Below are positions 1 through 9,679 of a stretch of DNA of 47,498 nt, in pieces (position 1 is the first letter of the stretch; each line of letters starts with the position of its first letter). Where the stretch lies: the NCBI GenBank assembly GCA_031403815.1, contig JANNGJ010000142.1, positions 1-47,498 of the forward strand, in the 5' to 3' direction. The notes under the pieces were generated by a model. The model saw nothing but the letters and a program-made list of their open reading frames with translations. It was not told the origin of the DNA and ran no database searches. The position numbers were made by a program, and so were the translations under genes. Origin of the DNA: Burkholderiales bacterium (lineage in GTDB: Bacteria; Pseudomonadota; Gammaproteobacteria; Burkholderiales; Burkholderiaceae_C).

Positions 1-311
<311 letters not shown>

Positions 312-346
312 TCAGCGGTGCGCTGGCGGGACCGCTGCGGGTGAGG

Positions 347-913
347 TCAGGGCTTGCAGCCGAGCTGGCCTTTGGATTTGTTCTCGAAGTAGCCCAGCGG
401 CGCCGCACACTCGGGCTTGGCCGCCGGCAACGCGGTGCCGGCCTTGGCCGTGCAGCTGAAGGCGCCGGTCTTCTTGTTCACACTCTTGGCATCGAGCTTC
501 CAGCCGTCGGGGCAACTCGGTCCCACGGACTTGGCGGGTGCGGCTGCGGTCATTGCGGGCGCCGATGCCGTGACCACCAACGAAGCAGTTTGGTTCTTGC
601 CGACACATTTCAGGGTCGGCAGCGCCGTCTTCGGCTCGATCAACAGTTTGTATTCACCGGCCTTGGCGTAGGTGCGTGTGGTCACCAGGGGCACATCCTT
701 CAGCTGGTTGATCTTGAAGTCTTGCGTCTGGCCATCGCCAAAGTGCACGCGCACGTTGCAGTTCGGGTTGTCGGCGTTGTCGAAAGTGCCCGTGATCTTG
801 ACGGGCTCGCCAACCTTGGCTGTCGCCGGCTCGAGCTTGATGCCCGACAGGGTCTGGGCGAGCGCCGCGCCGCACAGCAGCGATGAGACAACGAGGGCAA
901 CGATCTTGTTCAT
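347..913 (-). CDS. secreted protein with PKD-like domain and Cys-rich C-terminal part, function unknown
   Basis: ORF 347..1069 trimmed to the ATG at 913. MNKIVALVVSSLLCGAALAQ looks like a signal peptide. The middle part has a PKD-like signature (VHFGDGQTQDF...TRTYAKAGEYKLLI). The C-terminal third is Ala/Lys-rich, and the predicted mature part has six Cys. Confidence 0.6.
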   Translation of the reverse strand: MNKIVALVVSSLLCGAALAQTLSGIKLEPATAKVGEPVKITGTFDNADNPNCNVRVHFGDGQTQDFKINQLKDVPLVTTRTYAKAGEYKLLIEPKTALPTLKCVGKNQTASLVVTASAPAMTAAAPAKSVGPSCPDGWKLDAKSVNKKTGAFSCTAKAGTALPAAKPECAAPLGYFENKSKGQLGCKP

Positions 914-947
914 GGCAGGTCCTTGGTTTCGCATCGACAAGCTTTGT

Positions 948-3042
948 TCAACTGGCGAGCACCTTGCGCACCGTGTCTGCCACGTTCTGGGCCGTGAAGC
1001 CGAAGTGCTTGAACAAGGCCGGCGCCGGCGCGCTCTCACCATAGGTGTCGATGCCGACCACCGCGGCACAGCCGTACTTCCACCAGCCGTCCGTCACACC
1101 GGCCTCGACCGCAATGCGCGGCAACTTGGCGGGCAACACCTGCGTCTTGTAGGCCACGCTCTGGCGGTCGAACACCGTCGTGCTCGGCATCGAGACCACG
1201 CGCACGGCAATGCCGTGTTCCGCAGCCAGCAGTTGCTGGGCATGCAGCGCGAGTTGCACCTCGCTGCCGGTGGCGATGATCACCGCCTGCGCAGCCTTCT
1301 TCATGCCGACTTCGCCCGGCTCGGCCAACACATAGGCGCCCTGGCTGATGGCGTCCAGCGCCGCCTTGGGCAGGTAGGGCAGGTTTTGGCGCGACAGTAA
1401 CAGGGCGCTCGGTCGCGCGCGGTTGCCCAGCGCCACCGCCCAGGCCGCGGTGGTCTCCACCGTGTCGGCCGGGCGCCAGACATCCAGGCCCGGAATCAGG
1501 CGCAGGCTGGCAGCGTGCTCGACGCTCTGGTGCGTGGGCCCGTCTTCGCCCAGGCCGATGCTGTCGTGCGTAAAGACATGGATCACGCGCAGCTTCATCA
1601 GCGCGGCCATGCGAATGGCGTTGCGGCTGTAGTCGGCGAAGGTCAGAAAGGTGCCGCCGTAGGGGATGTGGCCGCCATGCAGGGCCACGCCGTTCATGAT
1701 CGCGGCCATGCCGAATTCGCGCACGCCGTAGTTGATGTGGCGACCGCCATTGGGCTCGCCAGAGGCACCAAAGCGCAAGGCCGTTGCGCTCGTCGTGTTG
1801 GTCAGGTTCGAGCCCGTCAGGTCGGCTGAGCCGCCCAGCATCTCGGGCAGGGCTTGGGTGAAAGCCTCGAGGGCGAGTTGGCTGGCCTTGCGCGAAGCCA
1901 CGGTTGCGGCCTGGGTGTGTGCGGCGAGCATCGCGTCCACAACGGTCTGGGCAAAGCCTTTGGGCAAGTCGCCGCGCGTGCGCCGCACGAACTCGGCCGC
2001 TAGGTCTGGAAACGCGGCCTTGTAGGCGGCCAGCGTTGCGTCCCACATGGCCTCGGCCTCGGCGCCACAGTCCTTGGCGTCCCAGGCGTTGTAGGCCGCT
2101 TCGGGGATCACGAAGGGCTCATGGGTCCAGCCGAGCGCGGCGCGGGTGAGCTTGATTTCGTCGGCACCCAGGGCCTCGCCATGCGCCTTGGCGGTGCCAG
2201 CGCGGTTGGGCGAACCACGGCCGATGCTGGTGCGGGCGACGATCAAGGTCGGCTTGTCGCTGCTGCGCTTGGCTTTGGCGATGGCGGCATCGACGGCGGC
2301 CACATCGTGGCCATTCACATCGCGGATCACGTGCCAGCCGTAGGCCTCGAAACGCTTGGCGCTGTCGTCAACGAACCAGGGCTCGACGCGGCCGTCGATG
2401 GAGATGCCGTTGTGGTCGTAGACCGCGATCAGCTTGTTCAGCTTCCAGGCCGCGGCCAGCGCCGAGGCCTCGTGGCTGATGCCTTCCATCAGGCAGCCGT
2501 CGCCGAGAAAGACATAGGTGTGGTGATCGACCAAGGCGTGGCCCGGCCGGTTGAATTCCTGTGCCAGCAGTTTCTCGGCCAAGGCCATGCCCACGGCATT
2601 GGCAATGCCCTGCCCGAGCGGGCCGGTGGTGGTTTCCACGCCGGGTGTGACGCCGACTTCGGGGTGTGACGCCGACTTCGGGGTGCCCCGGCGTCTTGCT
2701 GTGCAGCTGGCGAAAGTTGCGCAGCTCGCTCATCGGCAGGTCATAGCCCGTCAAGTGCAGCAAGGCGTAAAGCAGCATCGACCCGTGGCCGTTGGAGAGC
2801 ACGAAGCGATCACGCCCCGGCCAGTGCGGGTGCGCCGGGTTGTGGCGCAGGTGGCGGCCCCACAGCGCCACGGCGATCTCGGCCATGCCCATCGGCGCGC
2901 CGGGGTGGCCGGAGTTGGCTTGCTGCACGGCGTCCATGGCCAAGGCCCGGATGGCGTTGGCCATCAGCGCTTCGCGGCTGGCACTGGTGACGGGCGCCGG
3001 GGCAGCGGTGTCGGGAACGCGTTGGGTGTCGAGGCTGGACAT
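948..3042 (-). pseudogene. tkt: transketolase, reading frame interrupted by a 19-bp tandem duplication
   Basis: ORF-track pieces 2368..3129 (real start MSSLDTQ at 3042) and 948..2639 are the two halves of one transketolase. The N-terminal half ends ...[14 protein letters not shown] and the C-terminal half begins (G)[19 protein letters not shown]. Removing one 19-nt copy at 2643-2680 restores [20 protein letters not shown] in a single frame of about 691 codons. Confidence 0.9.
2643..2680. repeat. exact tandem duplication, 2 x 19 bp (gggtgtgacgccgacttcg), inside tkt
   Basis: Positions 2643-2661 and 2662-2680 are identical. The next 5 nt (gggtg) start a third partial copy. 19 nt is not a multiple of 3. 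Confidence 0.95.
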
Positions 3043-3183
3043 GCGGGCGGGCTCGGTGAGAGCGGCTGGAAGAGGACGGCAGAGGCGCGATTTTAGGGGC
3101 CGGCCCTCGCGTGACGGGCGAACTTTCAACGCCGCCTGCCGCGAGCCCCTGTCAAGCCCGTGCCACGCCTACACTGCGCGCCG

Positions 3184-4455
3184 ATGCCCATGGTCCAGCC
3201 GCCTGCCCTGATCCTCGCCGCCGGCCGCGGTGAGCGCATGCGGCCGCTGACCGATGCCTGCCCCAAGCCGCTGTTGATGGTGCGCGGCAAGGCCTTGATC
3301 GAGTGGCACCTAGAGGCCCTCGCCGCCGCGGGCGTGACCCAGGTGGTCATCAACACGGCCTGGCTCGAGGACCAGTTCCCAGCGGCGCTCGGCGATGGTG
3401 CGCGCTGGGGCCTGACGATCCACTACTCCACCGAAGGCCACGACCACGGTGGTGCCCTGGAAACCGCCGGCGGCATCGCCAAGGCCCTGCCCCGGTTGAC
3501 CGGCTGCGACAGCGACAGCTTCTGGGTCGTGTCGGGCGATGTCTTCCTGCCCGGCTTCGCCTTCGCTGCCGCCGACGCCGCCGACTTCGTCGCAAGTGGC
3601 GAATTGGCGCGCCTGTGGTTGGTGGCCAATGCGCCGCACCACCCGCAAGGCGACTTCGGCATCGACACTGCCACCGGCCTGGCCAGCGCCGCAGCACCGC
3701 GCCGCACCTGGGCCAGCGTCGGCCTGTTCCGCGCCGAGATGTTTGCCGGCATTGCCCCTGGAACGCGCTTGTCCTTGCGGCCCTTGCTCGACGCCGCGCT
3801 GGGCACCGCCCGCCTAGGAGCCCGGCGCTGGGACGGGGCCTGGACAGACGTCGGCACCGCAGAGCGGCTCGCGGCATTGAATGCCGGGCACGCTGGCGAC
3901 AGTCACGCCGTGGGCCTTTCAATGCGTCAACTCACCACGCCGCGCCTGCGCCTGGAGCCGCAACTCGCCAGCCACGCCACCGCGATGTTCGAGGTGCTCA
4001 GCGACCCTGCGATCTATGCCCACGAGAACGCGCCGCCGGCCTCGCCCGAGTGGCTGCAAGAGCGCTACCGCAAGCTGGAGATGCGGCAATCGGCCGACGG
4101 CAGCGAGCAGTGGCTGAACTGGATTCTGCGTGCGCTCGACGGCAGTTTGCTGGGCTGCGTGCAGGCAACGGTCGAGGCCGACGGCCAGGCCTTTGTCGCG
4201 TATGAGCTGGCCAGCGCGCACTGGGGCCAAGGCCTTGCGGCCGAGGCCGTTGCGGCGATGGTCGAAGAGTTGCATGAGCGCTACCGTGTGCACACGCTGC
4301 TGGCCGTGTTCAAGCGCAGCAACCTGCGCTCGCGGCGGCTGCTGGAGCGGCTCGGCTTTGGCGTCGCGCCAGCCGACGACCCGCGCCGCGCAACGCTCGA
4401 AGGCGATGAAGACCTGATGCTGCAGATCGCGGCGCGCTCACAGCCCCCCCGATGA
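3184..4455 (+). CDS. two-domain protein: MurU-like sugar-1-phosphate nucleotidyltransferase fused in frame to a GNAT (RimJ/RimL-like) N-acetyltransferase
   Basis: Single ORF 3160..4455. The N-terminal part has LILAAGRGERMRPLTD...KPLL, the nucleotidyltransferase G-x-G-x-R motif, and runs to WTDVGTAERLAALN. From about residue 255 (MRQLTTPRLRLEP...FVAYELASAHWGQGLAAEA...RSRRLLERLGF) it has GNAT motifs. There is no stop between the two parts. The start is ambiguous (GTG 3160, ATG 3184 or ATG 3190). Confidence 0.7.
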   Translation: MPMVQPPALILAAGRGERMRPLTDACPKPLLMVRGKALIEWHLEALAAAGVTQVVINTAWLEDQFPAALGDGARWGLTIHYSTEGHDHGGALETAGGIAKALPRLTGCDSDSFWVVSGDVFLPGFAFAAADAADFVASGELARLWLVANAPHHPQGDFGIDTATGLASAAAPRRTWASVGLFRAEMFAGIAPGTRLSLRPLLDAALGTARLGARRWDGAWTDVGTAERLAALNAGHAGDSHAVGLSMRQLTTPRLRLEPQLASHATAMFEVLSDPAIYAHENAPPASPEWLQERYRKLEMRQSADGSEQWLNWILRALDGSLLGCVQATVEADGQAFVAYELASAHWGQGLAAEAVAAMVEELHERYRVHTLLAVFKRSNLRSRRLLERLGFGVAPADDPRRATLEGDEDLMLQIAARSQPPR

Positions 4456-5075
4456 AGACGCTGACCTTCTGGTTCGACCCCATCTCCCCCTTCGCCTACC
4501 TGGCATTCGAGCAATTGCCGCAGGCGCTTGAAGGCTGCAGCTACGTGGTGGACTACCAACCCGTGCTGTTCGCCGGCCTGCTCGCGCACTGGGGCCAGAA
4601 GGGGCCGGCCGAGATCGAGCCCAAGCGGGCCTGGACCTTTCGCCATGTCGCGTGGTTGGCGCACCAGCAAGGCACGCCGCTGGACGCGCCCGCCGTTCAC
4701 CCGTTCAATCCGCTGGCGCTGCTGCGGCTGACCCTTGCCTGCGGCCCGAATCGGCGCGTCGTCGAGGCCGTGATGCGGCATGTCTGGGTCGGCGGCGGGA
4801 ATGCCATCGATGCTGACCGGCTCGCGGCCCTGAAACAGACCTTGGCGCCCGCGCAGGACCCCAACGCAGTCGAGGTCAAAACCGCGTTGCGCGCCGCGAC
4901 CGACGGTGCAATTTCGCAGGGCATCTTCGGTGTGCCCACCTTCGCGCTCGACGGTCGCTTGTTCTGGGGCATCGACGCATTGCCGATGCTTCGCGCGGCC
5001 TTGCTCGGTGACGCCTGGTTCGATGGCCCCGCCTGGGCCCAGGCGGGGCAGCCGCGCCCCGGCGTGAAACGCTGA
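4452..5075 (+). CDS. 2-hydroxychromene-2-carboxylate isomerase / DsbA-like thioredoxin-fold family protein
   Basis: 207-aa ORF with MKTLTFWFDPISPFAYLAF...GIFGVPTFALDGRLFWGIDALPML, the typical HCCA-isomerase/DsbA-family pattern. Its ATG overlaps the upstream stop (ATGA). Confidence 0.75.
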   Translation: MKTLTFWFDPISPFAYLAFEQLPQALEGCSYVVDYQPVLFAGLLAHWGQKGPAEIEPKRAWTFRHVAWLAHQQGTPLDAPAVHPFNPLALLRLTLACGPNRRVVEAVMRHVWVGGGNAIDADRLAALKQTLAPAQDPNAVEVKTALRAATDGAISQGIFGVPTFALDGRLFWGIDALPMLRAALLGDAWFDGPAWAQAGQPRPGVKR

Positions 5076-5103
5076 GGTGCTCACGACGGCTCATACGGAT
5101 TCG

Positions 5104-5250
5104 CGTTCGATCACACAAGTCACCGCTCGGGCCGAGCCTGTATTCCCGATCATCCTGAGCTTGTCGAAGGAAGCCCTTCCTTCGACAAGCTCAGGATGAT
5201 CGGAAACTCAAGCTCAGGGCGAGCGGTGCTTTCTCTACGTTCGATCGCAC
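5104..5250. repeat. palindromic REP/MITE-like intergenic element (about 125 bp) flanked by 9-bp direct repeats
   Basis: Perfect 28-bp inverted repeat at 5146-5173 / 5176-5203 (ccgatcatcctgagcttgtcgaaggaag). Imperfect outer arms at 5121-5137 / 5212-5228. Direct repeat cgttcgatc at 5104-5112 and 5238-5246. The element lies between the convergent HCCA-isomerase and pgk genes. Confidence 0.7.
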
Positions 5251-5257
5251 ATCAGTA

Positions 5258-6451
5258 TCAGCCGCCCGCGCGGCGCTGGAGGATCTCGAACGCCGGCAGG
5301 GTCTTGCCTTCGAGCACCTCGAGAAAAGCGCCGCCGCCAGTGGAGATGTAGCCGATGTCTTTCTCGATGCCGCACTTGGCGATCGCGGCCAGCGTGTCGC
5401 CGCCGCCGGCAATGCTGAAGGCGGGGCTGGCGGCGATGGCGCGGGCGATGGTTTCGGTGCCATGGGCAAAGGCGTCGAACTCGAACACGCCGACGGGCCC
5501 GTTCCAGACGATGGTGCCTGCGGCCTTTAACTGACCGGCCAACAGCGCAGCCGTCTGCGGTCCGATATCCAGGATCAGGTCATCTGCAGCGACATCCGCC
5601 ACCGCCTTGACGGTGGCGGGCGCATCGGCGGAAAAGGTCTTGGCGGTGACCACGTCGGTCGGGATCGGCACCGCCGCGCCGCGCGCCTTCATGGCCTCGA
5701 TCACGGCCTTGGCGTCGCCCACCAGGTCGGCCTCGGCCAGACTCTTGCCGATCGGCAAACCTGCTGCGAGCAAGAAGGTGTTGGCGATGCCGCCGCCGAC
5801 GATGAGGCCATCGACCTTGCTCGCCAGGCTCTTGAGGATGGTGAGTTTGGTGCTGACCTTGGAGCCGGCCACGATGGCCACCAAGGGGCGTTTGGGCTGC
5901 GCCAGCGCCTGGGTGACGGCATCAATCTCGGCCGCCAGCAGCGGCCCGGCGCAGGCAAGCTTGGCGAACTGGGCAATGCCGTAGGTGCTGGCTTCAGCGC
6001 GGTGCGCGGTACCGAAGGCGTCGTGCACGAAGATGTCGCACAAGGCCGCCATCTTCTTGGCCAGCGCCTCGTCGTTCTTCTTCTCGCCCTTGTTGACGCG
6101 GCAGTTCTCGAGCAGCACGACCTGGCCCGGTTCGACAAGCACGCCGTCGACCCAGTTCGAGCGCAAGGGCACATCGCGGCCGAGCAACTCGCCCAGGCGC
6201 GCAGCCACCGGCGCGAGCGAGTCCTCGGGCTTGAAAGCGCCTTCGGTGGGCCGGCCGAGGTGGGAGGTCACCATCACCGCCGCACCGGCCTCAAGGGCCA
6301 TGCGGATGCAGGGCACCGAGGCACGGATGCGTGTGTCTTCGGTGATGTGCCCGGCGTCATCCTGCGGCACGTTGAGGTCGGCGCGGATGAAGACGCGCTG
6401 GCCTTTGACGCGGCCCTGGGCGATAAGGTCGGTGAAGCGAAGGACATTCAT
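5258..6451 (-). CDS. pgk: phosphoglycerate kinase
   Basis: 397-aa ORF with MNVLRFTDL...[10 protein letters not shown]...TSHLGRP...[12 protein letters not shown]...STGGGAFLE, all hallmark PGK motifs. Confidence 0.95.
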   Translation of the reverse strand: MNVLRFTDLIAQGRVKGQRVFIRADLNVPQDDAGHITEDTRIRASVPCIRMALEAGAAVMVTSHLGRPTEGAFKPEDSLAPVAARLGELLGRDVPLRSNWVDGVLVEPGQVVLLENCRVNKGEKKNDEALAKKMAALCDIFVHDAFGTAHRAEASTYGIAQFAKLACAGPLLAAEIDAVTQALAQPKRPLVAIVAGSKVSTKLTILKSLASKVDGLIVGGGIANTFLLAAGLPIGKSLAEADLVGDAKAVIEAMKARGAAVPIPTDVVTAKTFSADAPATVKAVADVAADDLILDIGPQTAALLAGQLKAAGTIVWNGPVGVFEFDAFAHGTETIARAIAASPAFSIAGGGDTLAAIAKCGIEKDIGYISTGGGAFLEVLEGKTLPAFEILQRRAGG

Positions 6452-6468
6452 GGCTGCAATTCTAGGAT

Positions 6469-6798
6469 TTACCAGCCCAAGCCGAGCCGGAGCAGGAGCA
6501 GCACCGCTGTGCCGCTGACGATGGTGCCCAGGATGCCGCGGCGCCAGAAGTAGTAGGCGCTGGCCACCGCGACGGCGGGCAAGCGTGCGTCTTGCCAGGT
6601 GTGAATGAGCTGGCCTTGTGTCAGCACCACCTCGGGCGCCACCACCGCCATCAGGGCCGCGAGGGGCGCGTAGCGCAGGCCCTGTTGCAGCCAGTTGGGC
6701 AAGGGCAGGTCGCGCTCGGGCAGCAGAAAGAAGGCCCGCGTCACCAGCGTCAGCAGGGCCAGGCCGATGACCGTGATACTGATCTCGGTCGGCGTCAT
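6469..6798 (-). CDS. azlD: branched-chain amino acid transport protein AzlD
   Basis: C-terminal 109 codons of ORF 6469..7440, starting at ATG 6798 ([27 protein letters not shown]...). It is a small hydrophobic protein and overlaps azlC by 4 nt. Confidence 0.8.
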   Translation of the reverse strand: MTPTEISITVIGLALLTLVTRAFFLLPERDLPLPNWLQQGLRYAPLAALMAVVAPEVVLTQGQLIHTWQDARLPAVAVASAYYFWRRGILGTIVSGTAVLLLLRLGLGW

Positions 6799-7538
6799 GT
6801 CAAGTCGTCCTCGGGCAGGACACGGCGTGGTGTCGTGTGGTCCATCAACAGGCCGATGGCCACCGCCGCCGCGATCGCCACCACGATGTTCAGCTTCAGG
6901 GGCAGCGCGTAGGCGGCGACCGCAGCGCAGGCGGCCACGCCAGCAGCGACCAAGGTCGCCCGGTCGGTCACCTGGGAGTACATCAGGCCGAGCAAGGCCA
7001 GCGTGCCGGCGAAGCCCAGACCCCAGGCCGTCGGGATGCGGTCGGCCAGCAGGATGCCGGCGATGGATGGCACTTGCCATGCTGTCCAGTTGGTCACCAC
7101 GCCGCCCCAGAAGTAAGGCACCTGCTCCGGCGCAGGCCGGGGCTCGGGGAAGCGCCGCATGAAGATCACGTAGTTGAGGTCGGCGGTGAAGTAGCCCATG
7201 CGCAGGCGCTGCCAAAGCGGCAGGTGGGCCAGGTAGGGCCGCCAGCCGGCACTGAAGATGATGAAGCGCAGGTTGACGCACAGGGCCGTCGCCCACACGA
7301 CCCAGATCGGTGCGCCCCCGGCAATCAGCGGCAGGGCGGCGAGCTGGGCGCTGCCGGCGAAGACCAGCAGCGACATCAGCAAGGCCAGCGGCAGTGGCAG
7401 GCCGCTCTTGGTCATGGCCACGCCGGTCACGAGGCCCCACGCGGCGATGCCCAGGGCCACGCCGCTCATCTCGCGCGCGCCGCGCGCAAATTCAGGATGG
7501 CGCCACAGGGGCTGTGGCGCCGCGTCGGAAGACTTCAT
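6795..7538 (-). CDS. azlC: AzlC family branched-chain amino acid permease component
   Basis: ORF 6795..7691 trimmed to ATG 7538 ([12 protein letters not shown]...). It is polytopic and hydrophobic, with ...[16 protein letters not shown]... typical of AzlC, and is followed by azlD. Confidence 0.8.
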   Translation of the reverse strand: MKSSDAAPQPLWRHPEFARGAREMSGVALGIAAWGLVTGVAMTKSGLPLPLALLMSLLVFAGSAQLAALPLIAGGAPIWVVWATALCVNLRFIIFSAGWRPYLAHLPLWQRLRMGYFTADLNYVIFMRRFPEPRPAPEQVPYFWGGVVTNWTAWQVPSIAGILLADRIPTAWGLGFAGTLALLGLMYSQVTDRATLVAAGVAACAAVAAYALPLKLNIVVAIAAAVAIGLLMDHTTPRRVLPEDDLT

Positions 7539-7561
7539 GTGCGGGATTGTCCCGCGCCCTC

Positions 7562-7700
7562 TCACTCCGCCAGAACGAAGCTCACCTTCATCGTCACCTT
7601 GTAGCCGGCGATCTTGCCTTTCTCGACCGCACTGCCTGGTCCTTGATCCAGACGCCCTTGACGGTTTTGAGCGTGTTGCAGGCGCATGCACCGCAATCGC
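7562..7700 (-). pseudogene. possible dodecin-like gene remnant (C-terminal part only, frame-broken)
   Basis: Reverse-strand frames give ...NTLKTVKGVWIKDQ and, after a frame change, ...AVEKGKIAGYKVTMKVSFVLAE-stop (stop at 7562-7564). The ending resembles dodecin C-termini (...G.V..YQVT.KVGF.LE). No intact ORF or start codon is present. Confidence 0.3.
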
Positions 7701-7703
7701 CGG

Positions 7704-8137
7704 TTACGTTCGCTGACGGATCGAGCCACTGCCGGCGACGCTGGCCTTGGTGAGCGAGGCCTCGATCTTGAGATCGCCCGAGCCGGCTGCAGAGATGGCA
7801 GTCAGCCGCACCACGTCGACCGTGACGGCGCGCGGGCCTTGCTGCGCATCCACTCGTCAGGCTTCCACTGGAAGCGCAGCGTGCGCTGTTCGCCGCTGCC
7901 TTCGACCACCGTGCTCAGCAGCAGCGGCAGCAGCGTGGCGTCGGCGCTCACCTGCACCGCTTCGCGGGCGCCCTGTCTGACCACGAGGTCGATGCCGCCG
8001 CGCACCGAGATGGCGCTGAAGCCACTCAGCTCACGGGTCTCGCTGGCCGGCTGGCCCGAGCCAGTGGCGGCCTGTGCCCCCGTGAGGGCGACCAGCAGGG
8101 CGGTGGCAATGAAAGGTCGGCGGGCGAGCAGGGTCAT
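7704..8137 (-). pseudogene. DUF2807-like exported protein, frameshifted
   Basis: ORF 7802..8188 from ATG 8137 reads MTLLARRPFIATALLVALTGAQA (signal peptide) ...LSGFSAISVRGGIDLVVRQG...VQVSAD... The sequence continues in another frame as GPRAVTVDVVRLTAISAAGSGDLKIEASLTKASVAGSGSI up to TAA 7704-7706. Restoring one G in the run at about 7837-7838 joins the frames. Confidence 0.55.
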
Positions 8138-8242
8138 GGCAGGATCCTCGGCGAGGGTGGCATCGAAGGCCCGACGATGCCGCGCCACGGCTGCACCGGC
8201 ATGCTGCGTGCGCCAGTCTGCCGCCCCGCCCGACGAGACGCC

Positions 8243-8647
8243 TCAGCCGTCCTGCTTCTTGGTCTTGGCAGACTTCTTGGCGCTGCCCTCTTCTCGCGTG
8301 GGCTCGACGGTTTTCTTGGCCGGGCTGTCGCTGGCTGGCTTGTCGGCCTTCTCGGCGGCGTCGGTCACGACGGCGCCTTGCGGCGGCACAGGCTCGATCT
8401 TGTTCTCGCGCATGTAGTCGTTCATCTCACGCCAGCCGCCAAACAACGCGGCCTTGTCGGCGCGCTTGTTGAGTCCAAAGCAGTCCTCGATGGCGCGCCC
8501 GGCATGCCGGCAGGCGCCGCCGATGGCCTTGCCCTCGGCCTCCTTGCGCGCTGCCACAGCCTCGGCAGACTCGCCGCCCGACAAGGGGCAGCCGGCCAGC
8601 AGGACGAGTGGCGCGAGCATGGCGGCGAGACGGATCGAGCGGGGCAT
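8243..8647 (-). CDS. lipoprotein, function unknown
   Basis: ORF 8243..9049 trimmed to ATG 8647. MPRSIRLAAMLAPLVLLAGC provides a lipobox (LAGC). The C-terminus is Lys/Ala/Glu-rich. Confidence 0.65.
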   Translation of the reverse strand: MPRSIRLAAMLAPLVLLAGCPLSGGESAEAVAARKEAEGKAIGGACRHAGRAIEDCFGLNKRADKAALFGGWREMNDYMRENKIEPVPPQGAVVTDAAEKADKPASDSPAKKTVEPTREEGSAKKSAKTKKQDG

Positions 8648-8747
8648 GGCAACGCAATGAAGGGGCTGTGCTGGCCATATCGGCAGCCTTGGCGCCGGAC
8701 TTGAGCGTCCGTGGCAAACCCAGGCCAGACGCGCCACGTCGCCCCGG

Positions 8748-9671
8748 TCAGCGCGATGCCAGGAAGGCTTCAATGCCCACGCGCCGACCGCCAGGGCGCT
8801 GCAATTCGAGCAAGGCCAGCGCGTGGCCGTCGCCACAGGACACGCGCAGGCCCGCGGCGCTGCGTTCAAGCGTGCCCGGAGCGGCAGCGAAGCCGTCGCC
8901 GACCCGCGCACGCCAGAGCTTGACCGACTGACCGTCGAGTTCGAAGTGACAGCCCGGCTGGGGGTCAAATGCGCGCACGCGGCGCTCGATCTCGGCCGCC
9001 GGCCGCGCCCAGTCGATGACGGCCTCGGACTTGGCCAGCTTGTGGGCATAGCTCACACCCTCGGCGGGCTGTGCCAAAGCTTGCAGCGCACCCATCTCGG
9101 CGTCGGCCAGGGCGGCCACGATCAGGCGCGCGCCCTGGTCCGCCAGCCGCGCCTGCAGGCTGGCGCCGCTGTCGTCAGGGCAGATCGTCTCGCGGCCGAC
9201 GAGCAACATGTCGCCGGTGTCGAGACCAGCATCCATCTGCATGATGGTGATGCCCGTGACGGCATCACCGGCTTCGATGGCACGCTGAATCGGCGCGGCA
9301 CCGCGCCAGCGCGGCAGCAACGAAGCATGGATGTTCAGGCAACCCAGGCGCGGCAACTCAAGCAGCCACGGCGGCAGGATCAGGCCGTAGGCGGCCACAA
9401 CCAGCACGTCTGGCACAGCCGCTTGCAGGACCTGGCGGGCGGCCTGGGCATCGGCGGCGTAGCGGCCATCAAGCTTGAGGCCCTGCGGCTGCAACACGGC
9501 CAGCCCGTGGCTCTGAGCGAACTGTTTGACGACCGACGCTTGCAGCTTCAAGCCGCGGCCGGCGGGTCGGTCTGGCTGCGTCAGCACCACTGGCACGGTG
9601 TAACCGGCCGCGCAGATGGCCGCGAGCGCGGTGGCGGCGAAGGCCGGTGTGCCGGCAAAGCCTACCCGCAT
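8748..9671 (-). CDS. fmt: methionyl-tRNA formyltransferase
   Basis: [16 protein letters not shown]...[15 protein letters not shown]...[20 protein letters not shown]. It lies directly downstream of def. Start taken as ATG 9671 (alternative GTG 9683). Confidence 0.93.
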   Translation of the reverse strand: MRVGFAGTPAFAATALAAICAAGYTVPVVLTQPDRPAGRGLKLQASVVKQFAQSHGLAVLQPQGLKLDGRYAADAQAARQVLQAAVPDVLVVAAYGLILPPWLLELPRLGCLNIHASLLPRWRGAAPIQRAIEAGDAVTGITIMQMDAGLDTGDMLLVGRETICPDDSGASLQARLADQGARLIVAALADAEMGALQALAQPAEGVSYAHKLAKSEAVIDWARPAAEIERRVRAFDPQPGCHFELDGQSVKLWRARVGDGFAAAPGTLERSAAGLRVSCGDGHALALLELQRPGGRRVGIEAFLASR

Positions 9672-9679
9672 GCAGGCGC

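Noticed and set aside
6469-7691. Long versions of ORFs 6469..7440 (323 aa) and 6795..7691 (298 aa)
   Set aside because: The N-terminal extensions are Arg/Pro/Gly-rich and overlap the neighbouring gene in another frame. Internal ATGs at 6798 and 7538 give proteins of canonical AzlD and AzlC size.
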